NCBI GenBank assembly: GCA_031409655.1
Contig: JANNXQ010000175.1
Location: 1 to 38,024 of the forward strand
Length of the DNA stretch: 38,024 bases
DNA from: Chthoniobacteraceae bacterium
Lineage (GTDB): Bacteria > Verrucomicrobiota > Verrucomicrobiia > Chthoniobacterales > Chthoniobacteraceae
Reading direction: 5' to 3'
Shown here: positions 26,170-35,848 of the stretch, piece by piece
Numbering within the stretch: position 1 is the stretch's first letter
Layout: every line of letters begins with the position of its first letter
The notes under the pieces: model-generated
Database searches by the model: none
Seen by the model: the letters and a program-made list of their open reading frames with translations, nothing else
What the model was told of the DNA's origin: nothing
Translations under genes and position numbers: made by a program

Positions 26170-27585
26170 ATGAAACATCTCCTCTGCTTGCTGCTCACTT
26201 TCGTTTTCGTCTCTCCCGCTTTCGCCGACGACAAACGCCCGAACATCGTCATCATCTTCACCGACGATCAGGGCTACGAAGATGTCGGGGTCTTTGGAGC
26301 GAAAGGTTTCAAGACGCCGAACCTCGATCGCATGGCGGCGGAAGGCCGGCGCTTCACGGATTTCCATGTCGCGCAGGCGGTCTGCTCGGCGTCGCGGACA
26401 GCGCTGCTCACCGGGTGCTATCCGAATCGCCTCGGCATCCACGGCGCGCTCGGGCCAGGGTCGAAACACGGGATCGCGGACGGCGAGATGACCCTCGCGG
26501 AACTCGTGAAGCAGCGCGGCTACGCCACCGCGATCTACGGCAAATGGCACCTCGGCGACCGCGCGCCCTTTCTTCCGACGCGCCATGGCTTCGATGAATA
26601 TCTCGGCATCCCCTACTCGAACGACATGTGGCCGCATCATCCGCAGGCCAAGCCGGGTGCTTATCCGCCGCTCCCGTTTTACCGCAACGATCAGCCGGAG
26701 AAAGTGGGCCTCACGGGCGAGGATCAGGAGCAACTGACGACACGATATGCGGAGGCGGCGGTGAAGTTCATCGAGAAGCAAAAGGCGAAGCCGTTTCTGC
26801 TCTACGTCGCGCCGAATATGCCGCACGTGCCGCTCTACGTGAGCGCGAAATTCAAGGGCAAGTCCGAGCGCGGGCTGTATGGCGATGTGATCATGGAGAT
26901 CGATTGGGCCGTGGGGGAAATCCTCGCGGCGCTGAAAAAGAACGGCGTCGATGAAAACACCCTCGTCATCTTCACCTCCGACAATGGCCCGTGGCTGAGC
27001 TACGGGAATCACGGCGGCTCGGCGGGCAAGTTGCGCGAGGGGAAGGGCACGACCTTCGAGGGTGGACATCGTGAACCTTTCATCGCGCGCTGGCCGGGCC
27101 GCATCCCTGCCGGCACGGTCTGCGAGGAGCCCGCGATGACCATCGATCTCTTCCCGACGGTGGCGCGGCTCACGGGCGCGAAGCTCCCCGAACACAAGAT
27201 CGACGGACTCGACATCTGGCCGCTGCTCGCCCGTGAACCCGGTGCGAAGAATCCGCACGACGCCTACTATTTCTACTACGCGCAGAATGAGCTGCAGGCG
27301 GTGCGCAGTGGAAACTGGAAGCTCTTCTTCCCGCACAGTGCGCGGTCGATGGTCGGCCAGGAGCCCGGCAAGGACGGCATCCCGGGGAAATACAAACAAC
27401 TCCCCGTGGCGCACTGGCTCTACGATCTCGGGAAGGATGTGGGCGAGACGACGGACCTCGCGGCGCAGCATCCGGAGGTCGTCGCGAAGCTCGAAGCCCT
27501 CGCGGAGAAAGCGCGCGAAGACATGGGCGACAAACTTACCGGACGCACGGGCTCGGGAGTCCGTGAACCAGGACGCGCGCAGTGA
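26170..27585 (+). CDS. secreted sulfatase (Cys-type, S1 family)
   Basis: Signal peptide; [52 protein letters not shown]. Confidence 0.95.
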   Translation: MKHLLCLLLTFVFVSPAFADDKRPNIVIIFTDDQGYEDVGVFGAKGFKTPNLDRMAAEGRRFTDFHVAQAVCSASRTALLTGCYPNRLGIHGALGPGSKHGIADGEMTLAELVKQRGYATAIYGKWHLGDRAPFLPTRHGFDEYLGIPYSNDMWPHHPQAKPGAYPPLPFYRNDQPEKVGLTGEDQEQLTTRYAEAAVKFIEKQKAKPFLLYVAPNMPHVPLYVSAKFKGKSERGLYGDVIMEIDWAVGEILAALKKNGVDENTLVIFTSDNGPWLSYGNHGGSAGKLREGKGTTFEGGHREPFIARWPGRIPAGTVCEEPAMTIDLFPTVARLTGAKLPEHKIDGLDIWPLLAREPGAKNPHDAYYFYYAQNELQAVRSGNWKLFFPHSARSMVGQEPGKDGIPGKYKQLPVAHWLYDLGKDVGETTDLAAQHPEVVAKLEALAEKAREDMGDKLTGRTGSGVREPGRAQ

Positions 27586-27597
27586 TTTCTGAACAAG

Positions 27598-27699
27598 AAC
27601 ATCGAACGTCCAACGTCGAACACTGAACATCGAACAAGGAAGACTGAGCGCACCTTTTCTGGTTCGAAGTTCAGCGTTCGATGTTCGACGTTCGATGTT
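27598..27699. repeat. inverted pair of AACRTCG-type heptamer arrays
   Basis: Five units AACATCG AACGTCC AACGTCG AACACTG AACATCG face five units CGAAGTT CAGCGTT CGATGTT CGACGTT CGATGTT. Same family as 10974-11081. Confidence 0.88.
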
Positions 27700-27714
27700 T
27701 CCCCTTCGCCTCCC

Positions 27715-28842
27715 ATGAACCGCCGCCATTTCCTCGTCACCACCGCTGCCGCAGCCTTTGCCATCCCGCGCGCGCAGGCTGCGCCTCCTTTCACCATCCT
27801 CGAGACGCGCATCATCAGTCACGAGCCACAGCACTATCACGGCTGGCCGACGATCGCGCGGCGCTCGAATGGCGAGCTCTGGGTGACCTGGTCCGGCGCT
27901 CGGGAGGCGCATGTCTGTCCATTCGGGAAAGTGGAGTCGATGGTCTCGCGCGACGACGGCGCGACGTGGACCTGGCCGCGCACCCTGCTCGACACGGCCA
28001 TCGACGACCGCGACTCCGGCGTGCTCGAGACGGCGAAAGGCACCCTGCTCGTCACCACCTTCACCTCCCTCGCCTACGAGCCCTCGCTTGCGAAGCTGGA
28101 GAGCTGGGAACCAGCGCGGGCCGCGGCCTGGCGGGCGGCCCACGCGCGACTCGACGCCGCCGGGCGCAAAGCTGAGCTCGGCGAGTGGGTCGTGCGTTCC
28201 ACCGACGGCGGCCTCACTTGGTCGGCGCGCATCCCGACCATCGTGAATAGCCCGCACGGTCCCACGCAGCTCGCCGACGGTCGTCTGCTCTACGTGGGGA
28301 AAAAGCTCTGGAGTGAGGACAAAAAAATCGGGGTGGCCGAATCGATGGATGATGGGCTGACCTGGCGCTGGCTGGCGGAGATTCCCCCGCGCGCTGGCGA
28401 TGCCGTGGTAAAAGGTTATCACGAGTTGCACGCCGTCGAGACGGCGGATCGGCGGATCATCACGCAGATCCGGAATCACAATGACGCGAACAAAGGCGAG
28501 ACCTTGCAGACGGAATCCGACGACGGCGGAAAGACGTGGAGCGCACCGCACTCCATCGGAGTCTGGGGCCTACCGGCGCATCTGCTGAAGCTGCGGGACG
28601 GGCGCCTGCTCATGAGCTACGGCCACCGCCGCGCACCCTTTGGCAATCAAGCCCGGCTGAGCGAAGATCACGGCCGTTCGTGGTCCGACGCGCTGATCCT
28701 CTCCGGCGACGGCAGCGGTGGCGACCTCGGCTACCCGAGCACCGTCGAGTTGGCCGACGGCTCGCTGCTCACGGTGTGGTACGAGAAGATGAAAGACTTG
28801 CCGAAAGCCGTCCTGCGGCAGGCGCGGTGGAAGCTGGGTTGA
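27715..28842 (+). CDS. Tat-exported BNR/Asp-box sialidase-like protein
   Basis: MNRRHFL Tat signal; five Asp boxes (SRDDGATW, STDGGLTW, SMDDGLTW, SDDGGKTW, SEDHGRSW); GDLGYPSTV. Confidence 0.88.
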   Translation: MNRRHFLVTTAAAAFAIPRAQAAPPFTILETRIISHEPQHYHGWPTIARRSNGELWVTWSGAREAHVCPFGKVESMVSRDDGATWTWPRTLLDTAIDDRDSGVLETAKGTLLVTTFTSLAYEPSLAKLESWEPARAAAWRAAHARLDAAGRKAELGEWVVRSTDGGLTWSARIPTIVNSPHGPTQLADGRLLYVGKKLWSEDKKIGVAESMDDGLTWRWLAEIPPRAGDAVVKGYHELHAVETADRRIITQIRNHNDANKGETLQTESDDGGKTWSAPHSIGVWGLPAHLLKLRDGRLLMSYGHRRAPFGNQARLSEDHGRSWSDALILSGDGSGGDLGYPSTVELADGSLLTVWYEKMKDLPKAVLRQARWKLG

Positions 28843-28871
28843 TCCAGCGCGCGCCGTCCACCGGACGCGCG

Positions 28872-29627
28872 TCAGTATTGCTCCACGATCAAAGCGACCG
28901 AGAAGAAGCCCTGCGGGAAGGGCGCATCCACATAGACCGTTGCCGGCTGACCGTTGGCCGTGATCTGGGTGAGCGAGGGCGCGATAGTCGGCGCCGTGGA
29001 GAGGAGGATTGGTAGTTCCGGGTCACTCAGACTTTGGCGGAAATGCACCCGGTAATGGCCGTCCTGGACCGTGGGGAAATCCAGGCGCACCCGGACCGTC
29101 GCACCGTTCTGTTGCTGGACCGACACATTGCGGATGGCGAGGTCGAGCCCCGGGATCTTCACCGTGACGGTGTCGAGGCCATCGAATTTCACCGGGTAGG
29201 TCAGGAGATCGTTGGTGGCCGGCCCATTGATGACTCGGCCGTCGATGGCGTACTCGGACCCATGGCAGTAGCAGGTCATGGAAGAATACGGAGCGTTCGC
29301 ATAGGCCTCCACGACGCAGCCTGCGTGCGTGCATTTCGTATCCACCGCGTAAAAGAGCGCCGCTTCCGCACGGGTGAGCACAAAGGGATACGTCGCGCGG
29401 TTGGAAGGATCGGCGAAGGCGAAACGCACCGATCCGAACTGGTCGCGGAGCGCGGGATAGTCGCTGATCTTGATCGCGATCCCGTTATTCGGGTCGCCGT
29501 AGGTGACCTCCGCGAGGAGGCGCGCGGTCCAGAGTTTCCCGCCGGCCATCGAGACCGCGGTGCTCAGGGTAAAGTGTTTGAGAAAGTGGCGGCGGCTCGA
29601 CGCCGCAAGGGGATTGGGAGAGTTCAT
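28872..29627 (-). CDS. Tat-exported Rieske [2Fe-2S] protein with an extra C-terminal beta-rich domain
   Basis: SRRHFLK; CTHAGC and CYCHGSEY boxes; G.V..GPA; C-terminal extension ending GFFSV. Confidence 0.88.
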   Translation of the reverse strand: MNSPNPLAASSRRHFLKHFTLSTAVSMAGGKLWTARLLAEVTYGDPNNGIAIKISDYPALRDQFGSVRFAFADPSNRATYPFVLTRAEAALFYAVDTKCTHAGCVVEAYANAPYSSMTCYCHGSEYAIDGRVINGPATNDLLTYPVKFDGLDTVTVKIPGLDLAIRNVSVQQQNGATVRVRLDFPTVQDGHYRVHFRQSLSDPELPILLSTAPTIAPSLTQITANGQPATVYVDAPFPQGFFSVALIVEQY

Positions 29628-29773
29628 CGGCGGGAAGGGTCGGGGATGGTCCACCGAAATGCTGGCCCTGTCCACCGGGACCCCGAGGGCCGTACGCAAC
29701 ACGCGGGAGGTCCGGCGAATGGTCTCGCCAGCCTCCCGCGTGGGAAGTTGCGCAGGTCAGGCCTGCGATTTCG

Positions 29774-32700
29774 TTAGCGGTCTCCGCTTTCGAGCTTCAC
29801 CGAGCAGCCATCCGTCGGGCTTTGGCCGAGGAAGTAGCCGGCGCCGTAGGCCCCGGACTGATTGATGGCCCCGGCAAAGGGCGTCCGCCGACCGGTCTCC
29901 GGGTGCCGGAAGTGGCCGGTGAAGAAACCGGAGGTGAGGTTGAAGCGGAGCTGCACGCCGGCGCCGTTCGGCGTGGTCGCGTAGGGCAGGTTGTTCTCCG
30001 GCAGGGTGATCATTTGATCCACCTCGAGATCCCCGTGATCCACATAGAAGCGGCCATTGTCGGTGCCGGGGGCAAAGTCCAGCACCCGGGTGCCGCGGGC
30101 GGGTTTCTGGTAGCGGCAGAGTTCGGCGCCGCGATTGACCGTGAAACCCTCCGGGAAGTGGGTGTCCCGCGCGCGGCCTGGCTTGAACCAATCGAGGTAG
30201 CCGAAGCCGTCGTTGCGGCTGCGCCCCTCGAGCAGGGAGGATCCGATTTCCCCGCGCAGACTGCCGCGCCCGGCGAGGGTGCCGCGATAGAGCTCCTTGT
30301 AAATGGCGAAGCTGCCATCGCCGTGGACCCAGGCCCCGCTGTTGAAGGTGGTGCCATCGGCGAGCTTGCCCGCATAGGTCACCAGGCCGTCGCCCTTGAT
30401 CTTCACCGTGGCGAAACCAGTGCCCATGGGCGTCCCTTCACTGTCGTCGGACGCGATGAGCAGGGTGTAAGTGCCCTCTAGCTTACTATCGGTCACCTGC
30501 GGCTTGAGGGTAAAGGTGGAGGTGAACTCTTCCCCATCGGAATCGATGGACTCCGCGGAGCCAGTCATGGTGCCTTCCTCGGTGTCGTAACTCAGCTGGA
30601 TGGTGATCGGCGCTTGCGGCGGACGTTTGATTTCAATGGTCTCCGTGCCATCGCTGCCGAAGCCATTGCGACGGCCCACGCCGCGGAAGCCGGCGCGCAC
30701 TGCCGAGCGCACTTCCACACCGCCAAAGGTGAGCACTCCGGTGAAGCTGCCCTCGGCCGAGACATTCAGCCGGAGATGCCCGCTGCGCTCATGCGCGCGA
30801 GCCCCGGAAACTGGGATCAACTCGCGGAGCGTTCCCTGACTTTCCGAGATCAGCCCATCGTAGTCGCCTTCGGCAGTGGTGAAGTTCACGATCTGCACCG
30901 CGCCGGTGACGATCCCGCCATCTCCGTCATCAGTCTGGTAGGTGAAGCTGTCGCCGTTCCCCGGCAGAATCCCGCTCGGCGTGAAGCGCACCTTCCCATC
31001 CACCACCGTGGCCGTGCCGTGGCTTGGCTGGGTGAGGATGGTGATGGTCGGCGCCACGGTCGGCACATTCTGGAGACCGAGCACGTCGATGAGCACGGAC
31101 TGCCGCCCCGTGGTGAAGGCGGAGATCTTCTTCGTGCCCGTCCCGGTGAGCGTGATTTCGGTGTCGCCTTCGTCGGCGTCGTCGCTTTCCACCAGCAGCG
31201 TCACGCTCTTCGCACCCGTGGTGCTCGGATGGAAGGTCACGCTGAAGGTCGCCGTCGCGTCGGGCGCGACCGTGAAGGGCGTCTCCGGAGCGACCAGCGT
31301 GAAGTGCGGGTGATCCGCACCACCGAGACCGAACTGGCTGATCGTGAGGTCGGCGGTGCCGGTGTTCTTGATCGTGAAGGTCTTCGCCGCACTCGTGCTG
31401 CCAGTGCTCTGGTCGCCGAAGGCCACGGCCGGATTCACCAGCGCCACGGTGTGAGTGTTACCCGCCGCGATGGCCTGCACGCCCGTCAAACCTTCGGGGA
31501 CGGTCGTCACGCCGAGGTCGTTGTAGCCCCAGGCAATGACGGTGCCGTCGTTCCTGAGGGCCACGGTGTGATTTCCACCCGCCGCGATGGCCTGTACGTC
31601 CGTCAATCCGAGAGGCACGTTCGTCTGGCCGTAGGTGTTGTCGCCCCATGCGACGACGCTACCGTCGCTCTTCAGCGCCACGGAGAAATTGCCCAGCGAG
31701 GCAATCGCCTGCACGTCGGTCAACCCGGCGGGCACGTTCGTCTGGCCAGAGTCGTTGCGGCCCCAGGCGGCCACGGTGCCATCGCTCTTCAGCGCCAGAG
31801 TGTGCTCCCCACCTGCGGCGATGGCCTGAACGCCACTCAATCCGCCCGGCACAGTCGCCTGGCCGAAGTCATTCGAGCCCCAGGCGACCACGGTCCCGTC
31901 GCTCTTCAACCCCACAGAGTGCGCATAACCCGCGGCGACGGCCCGCACGTCTGCCAATCCGCCAGGCACGGTGGCCTGGCCGACGGCGTTCCAACCCCAG
32001 GCGACGACGGTACCGTCGCTCTTCACAGCCAGCGCGTGATACCCGCCCGCGGCGATGGCCGTTACGCCGGTCAATCCGCCGGGTACATTCGTCTGATCAG
32101 AGTCGTTCTGGCCCCAGGCGACGACGGTACCATCACCCTTCAGCGCAAGGTTGAAATTGTAACCTGCGGCGAGGGCCTGCACTCCAGCCAACCCGCCGGG
32201 CACAGTCGTCTGGCCGTCTTCGTTGCTGCCCCAGGCGACGATGGTATTGCTCAGGGCCGTCCCCACCGGCTGCTCGATGGTGATCTCGGGAGTCAGCTGA
32301 GCTTCAAACGCACCGAGATCGACGGTGGCGGCATTGCGCTGATAACCGGAACCCCGCTGATCCGTCGTCAGTGCCCCGCCGCTGGCGTCGAGCGCGTCGG
32401 CATTCACCGCGGCGTCCAAAGCCGGGCTGCCAGCCACGAGCGCGTGCGTCCTCGTGGGGCCGCCGTTGTTGGCCAGTGTCGTGTTGAGCACTTGGGCGGG
32501 CGTCTTTCCCGTCGAGACGAATGTCTTGTCCGTCGACGGCAAAGTGACCGCGCCTGGATTGCCGATGAAGTTCGCGCCATTGGTCGTGATCATCCCGGTG
32601 CCGTTGATTTTCAGATCCGTCGCACCGTTTCCGGCGACGATGCTGTTTTTCAAAACCCCCGAGCCGGACACGTTGCCTTCCACCGCGACACCGGCTGGTG

Positions 32701-33754
32701 AGTTCCCGGTGATTGTGGACTGCACGACGGTCAAGGCGCCATAGACATCACTGATCGCGGACGCACGCGGGGCGTACGAGGACAAGTCGGTGTTCCCCGA
32801 AATGGTCGAGTTGATGACCTTGATGACCACACCGCCGCCATAGCTCTGAATCGCCCCGCCGCCGGCGTTCACATCGGTGTTGGTGGAATTGCCCGAGAGC
32901 GTCGAATCCGAAATCGTCACCGAGCCGTCCTGGTTACCGATGGCGCCGCCCCCGCCATACCTCACCACCGAATTGCCAGAGAGCGTGGAACTGCGGATCG
33001 TCAGTGTTCCCTGGTTGAAAATGGCGCCACCACCTCGCGAATTGGTCGTCGGCGAGCCGCTCGTATTGCTCGTGAGCGTGGTATTGTCGATCGTCAGTGT
33101 TCGTCCATAGAAATTCTGGATGGCGCCGCCGGAGGCATTGCACGAATTGCCCGAGAGGGTGCTGCCGGAAATCGCCAGCGAGCCACGGTTTTGGATTGCG
33201 CCTCCTCCAGAGTCTCCAAAGAGATCCCCTCCGGCAGAGTTGCCCGAGAGCGTGCAGTCGGAGATCGAGAGCGTGCCTGAATTGTCGATCGCGCCACCCC
33301 CGTTGGAGATCGTGACGCTTCCATTGATCAGGCTCAGCCCCGAGAGCGTGACCGTAGCGCCAGAGCCCACCGAAAAGATGCGGCTGGCACTATTGCCACT
33401 GATCGTGAGCGATGAAGCCCCAGGCCCTTGAATGGTCACTGAAGAGGTGAGGTCGAGCTGTCCGCTCGTGAGGACGATGGACGCCGGCCCTCCTACCGTG
33501 AGTGCGGGATCGAAGGTGACGGTATCGGCATCGGGATTCGCATTGGCCGTCGCCACCACCTCGCGCAGTGACCATGCGCCAGAGTCATTCGTATTCGTAA
33601 CCGTAAAACTCGCGGCATGGAGCGGTGTCGCCGCAAACCCGGCAACGGCCAGCAGGGCAACGCTGCCGCGCCGCAACCAGTGCGGGAGGCGGCGGGTGGA
33701 AGTGGAGGGTGAACCCGACTGCGGGACGTGCGTGGGATGAGGTCTAGGTATCAT
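29774..33754 (-). CDS. large secreted multidomain protein (beta-helix GGAI repeats, choice-of-anchor Q-like, RCC1 propeller, Ig-like domains, lineage-type C-terminal domain; 1326 aa)
   Basis: Signal peptide ending LHA; FTVTNTNDSG..SLRE; GGAI.N repeats; LANNGGPT.THAL..GSPA.D...DQRG...DLGAFE; seven 39-aa VVAWG.N..GQ..VP repeats; TFTIKNTG; PSHGT...DSFTY. Confidence 0.85.
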   Translation of the reverse strand: MIPRPHPTHVPQSGSPSTSTRRLPHWLRRGSVALLAVAGFAATPLHAASFTVTNTNDSGAWSLREVVATANANPDADTVTFDPALTVGGPASIVLTSGQLDLTSSVTIQGPGASSLTISGNSASRIFSVGSGATVTLSGLSLINGSVTISNGGGAIDNSGTLSISDCTLSGNSAGGDLFGDSGGGAIQNRGSLAISGSTLSGNSCNASGGAIQNFYGRTLTIDNTTLTSNTSGSPTTNSRGGGAIFNQGTLTIRSSTLSGNSVVRYGGGGAIGNQDGSVTISDSTLSGNSTNTDVNAGGGAIQSYGGGVVIKVINSTISGNTDLSSYAPRASAISDVYGALTVVQSTITGNSPAGVAVEGNVSGSGVLKNSIVAGNGATDLKINGTGMITTNGANFIGNPGAVTLPSTDKTFVSTGKTPAQVLNTTLANNGGPTRTHALVAGSPALDAAVNADALDASGGALTTDQRGSGYQRNAATVDLGAFEAQLTPEITIEQPVGTALSNTIVAWGSNEDGQTTVPGGLAGVQALAAGYNFNLALKGDGTVVAWGQNDSDQTNVPGGLTGVTAIAAGGYHALAVKSDGTVVAWGWNAVGQATVPGGLADVRAVAAGYAHSVGLKSDGTVVAWGSNDFGQATVPGGLSGVQAIAAGGEHTLALKSDGTVAAWGRNDSGQTNVPAGLTDVQAIASLGNFSVALKSDGSVVAWGDNTYGQTNVPLGLTDVQAIAAGGNHTVALRNDGTVIAWGYNDLGVTTVPEGLTGVQAIAAGNTHTVALVNPAVAFGDQSTGSTSAAKTFTIKNTGTADLTISQFGLGGADHPHFTLVAPETPFTVAPDATATFSVTFHPSTTGAKSVTLLVESDDADEGDTEITLTGTGTKKISAFTTGRQSVLIDVLGLQNVPTVAPTITILTQPSHGTATVVDGKVRFTPSGILPGNGDSFTYQTDDGDGGIVTGAVQIVNFTTAEGDYDGLISESQGTLRELIPVSGARAHERSGHLRLNVSAEGSFTGVLTFGGVEVRSAVRAGFRGVGRRNGFGSDGTETIEIKRPPQAPITIQLSYDTEEGTMTGSAESIDSDGEEFTSTFTLKPQVTDSKLEGTYTLLIASDDSEGTPMGTGFATVKIKGDGLVTYAGKLADGTTFNSGAWVHGDGSFAIYKELYRGTLAGRGSLRGEIGSSLLEGRSRNDGFGYLDWFKPGRARDTHFPEGFTVNRGAELCRYQKPARGTRVLDFAPGTDNGRFYVDHGDLEVDQMITLPENNLPYATTPNGAGVQLRFNLTSGFFTGHFRHPETGRRTPFAGAINQSGAYGAGYFLGQSPTDGCSVKLESGDR

Positions 33755-33792
33755 GCGGCGAAACCGCACCAAGCAGGGGGCGTTCCCGGCCC

Positions 33793-33904
33793 GGTGGAGG
33801 GCGCGCTCCGCCGCGCCATGCCAACCGCTGCGCGCCAGCGCCTTGAATTCAGAGGGGCCTTCGGCGCCACCTTGGCCATGGCGCGACGGAGCGCGCCATC
33901 CACC
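33793..33904. repeat. REP doublet (REPIN-like), family 3
   Basis: GGTGGAGGGCGCGCTCCGCCGCGCCATG (33793-33820) matches the reverse complement of 33877-33904 at 26/28. Each arm holds the hairpin GGCGCG-N6-CGCGCC. It starts 17 nt past the GH10 stop. Confidence 0.8.
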
Positions 33905-33921
33905 ATGGCCTCGACCGCGCG

Positions 33922-35742
33922 CTACAATTCTACCGTCACCCGCGAGCCCGCTTTTTCCAGCCGCACCTTGGTCGCGCGCTTTTTTCCACCGGACTCGACC
34001 TCGATCTCGTATTCCCCGAGGAAGCCGCGCGCCTGGAAAGTGCCATCCGCCGCGGCGACGCCGTCCGCCTTCGTCCACCAATCGCGGAAGACGAGGTCGC
34101 GCCACGCCTGGCCCGCGGGCCGCAGCGACCAATCGGCGCGGTAATACGCCGCGCTGGGGATCCAGTGCGCTTTTTCCCAGAAGCCCCAGACGAGGAAATC
34201 CGTGACGCTCGGGTGGCTGAACATTGCGGTCAGGAAATCGCGGGTGTAGTCGGCGTGGAGTTGCTCATCCCAGGTGGTGAAGTCGTGCTCGGTGATCTGG
34301 ATCGGCAGGCCGAATTGCGCGAAGCGGTCGAGGATCTTGAAGAGGCGCGGGATGGGCGTGAGGTCTTCCTGGAAGTGGCCCTGCATGCCGATGCCCTGGA
34401 GCGGTGCGCCGAGGCGGAGCAGTTCGCGGATGGTGCGCTCGTAGTACTCCTGATGTTCGTAGTCGGTGCCGCCGGTGGAGAGGATGGAGTAGTCGTTGAT
34501 GAAGAGCTTCGCTGCGGGCTCGACGGCGCGGGCGGCGCGGAACCACTCCGTGAGCGATTGCGCGCCGAGCTCGGGCTCAATGCGGCTGGCCTTCGCGCCG
34601 CGTCCGGCGAGGACGTTTTGCACGTCGAAGGTGGAGAAGGGTTCATTGACCACGTCCCAGTCCGGGAACTGGCCTTTGAAGGCGGTGCCGATGTCGGCGA
34701 TGTGATCGAGCACCGCCTGGCGCAGCGCGTCGGGCTCGTCGAAAAGCGCGACGACCCGCTTCGGGAGATTCTTCTCCGCACCCCAAAACAGACAGTGCCC
34801 CCGCACCGCGATGCCGCGCTCGCGCAGCCACGCCACGGCGCGCGGGCCGGTCTCGCGATCACGCTCCCACTGCGGCCACTTCAGGTGATTCTCGATCGTC
34901 ACCTTGTTGAAATCGCGCGCGATGATCTCGCGGTATTTCTCCGCGTCCGGGGAATCTTCGAGCAATCGCTTCGCATCGACTGCGGAGCCGAAGCCGAAGG
35001 CGTGACGTTTCATCTGCACCGCGACGCGCGCGCCGGGAACGGGCTGCTTCGCCGCGTCGAGCACGGTCACGGTCAGGTCGCCTTTGCGGAGCTGGTCGAT
35101 GCGCGCGGCGGCTTCCGCGCGCCACGGCGACTGCGGGTCGCGACCGGTGTAGGTATTCGCGGTAAAGGGCAGATCCGCGAGCTTCACGCGGCTGCCGTAG
35201 TTCAGCAGCCGCACATCGGCGATCTCGACCGTCTGCGGATCGTAGCCGAGCCGGAAGCGAATGCCGCCCTCGCCCGCCGCGAGCGCGACCTTCGCCTCGC
35301 CGGGCACATAGTAGCGCCGCCATTCCGTGGAGAGCGTGGCCGGCCACACCGCGAGCTTCGTGTGCGGCGCCTGCCCGAGCTCGAAGCAAAACTCCGTCTT
35401 CGCCTCGCCCTCTGCCGGCAGCGGCTCGATCGCCCGCGCCCAGAAAACGCCGAGCAACACATCGCCCACCTTCACCGCCGCGACATTCTTGGCGGAGAAC
35501 TGCAGATTGTAAGCATTCACCGGCCGCTCCCGCGTGACGATCCGCGCCGCCCGCGCGAACAGCTGCCCGACGACGTCCACCTTCGAAAGCGTGCCCGCGC
35601 TCCCTTGCAGGCTGAACTCCTCCAGCCCCCGCGCCCCGAGCAACGACTCACCCGCGGGCAGCGCGGCAAATTTTTCGTCCATCGAATCCGCGCGGACCAG
35701 TGGTGAGAGGAGAAGGCTGAAGAGAACGAGGAGGAGTTTCAC
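33922..35742 (-). CDS. glycoside hydrolase family 10 (xylanase-like) with N-terminal CBM-like domain
   Basis: Signal peptide from GTG 35742; ENHLKW; RGHCLFW; WDVVNEP (acid/base); LFINDY; GIGMQGH; IQITEHD (nucleophile). Confidence 0.9.
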   Translation of the reverse strand: MKLLLVLFSLLLSPLVRADSMDEKFAALPAGESLLGARGLEEFSLQGSAGTLSKVDVVGQLFARAARIVTRERPVNAYNLQFSAKNVAAVKVGDVLLGVFWARAIEPLPAEGEAKTEFCFELGQAPHTKLAVWPATLSTEWRRYYVPGEAKVALAAGEGGIRFRLGYDPQTVEIADVRLLNYGSRVKLADLPFTANTYTGRDPQSPWRAEAAARIDQLRKGDLTVTVLDAAKQPVPGARVAVQMKRHAFGFGSAVDAKRLLEDSPDAEKYREIIARDFNKVTIENHLKWPQWERDRETGPRAVAWLRERGIAVRGHCLFWGAEKNLPKRVVALFDEPDALRQAVLDHIADIGTAFKGQFPDWDVVNEPFSTFDVQNVLAGRGAKASRIEPELGAQSLTEWFRAARAVEPAAKLFINDYSILSTGGTDYEHQEYYERTIRELLRLGAPLQGIGMQGHFQEDLTPIPRLFKILDRFAQFGLPIQITEHDFTTWDEQLHADYTRDFLTAMFSHPSVTDFLVWGFWEKAHWIPSAAYYRADWSLRPAGQAWRDLVFRDWWTKADGVAAADGTFQARGFLGEYEIEVESGGKKRATKVRLEKAGSRVTVEL

Positions 35743-35771
35743 GCGGGAAGTGGGAAGGACGTTCCGATCGA

Positions 35772-35847
35772 TCACCACAGAGACCCAGAGATCACAGAGA
35801 TCTTCGGACACTGCCTTTCCTCGGTGTTCTCTGTGCCTCTGTGGTGA
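35772..35847. repeat. inverted pair of CACAGAG-type 8/9-mer arrays
   Basis: TCACCACAGAG (35772-35782) pairs with CTCTGTGGTGA (35837-35847). There are three CAGAG-type units per arm with mirrored 8/9 spacing. Confidence 0.82.
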
Positions 35848-35848
35848 A

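Noticed and set aside
26155..28551. 798-aa minus-strand ORF
   Set aside because: Antisense to the sulfatase and BNR genes, with no recognisable domain.
28848..28871. Small GC hairpin between convergent BNR and Rieske genes as a terminator
   Set aside because: Short stem with no U-tract on either strand; not supportable.
31430..32245. 117-bp periodicity as a non-coding array or DGR repeat
   Set aside because: Fully explained by in-frame RCC1 protein repeats; no reverse transcriptase in the window.
30614..35706. 695-aa and 513-aa plus-strand ORFs
   Set aside because: Shadows of the large surface protein and the GH10.
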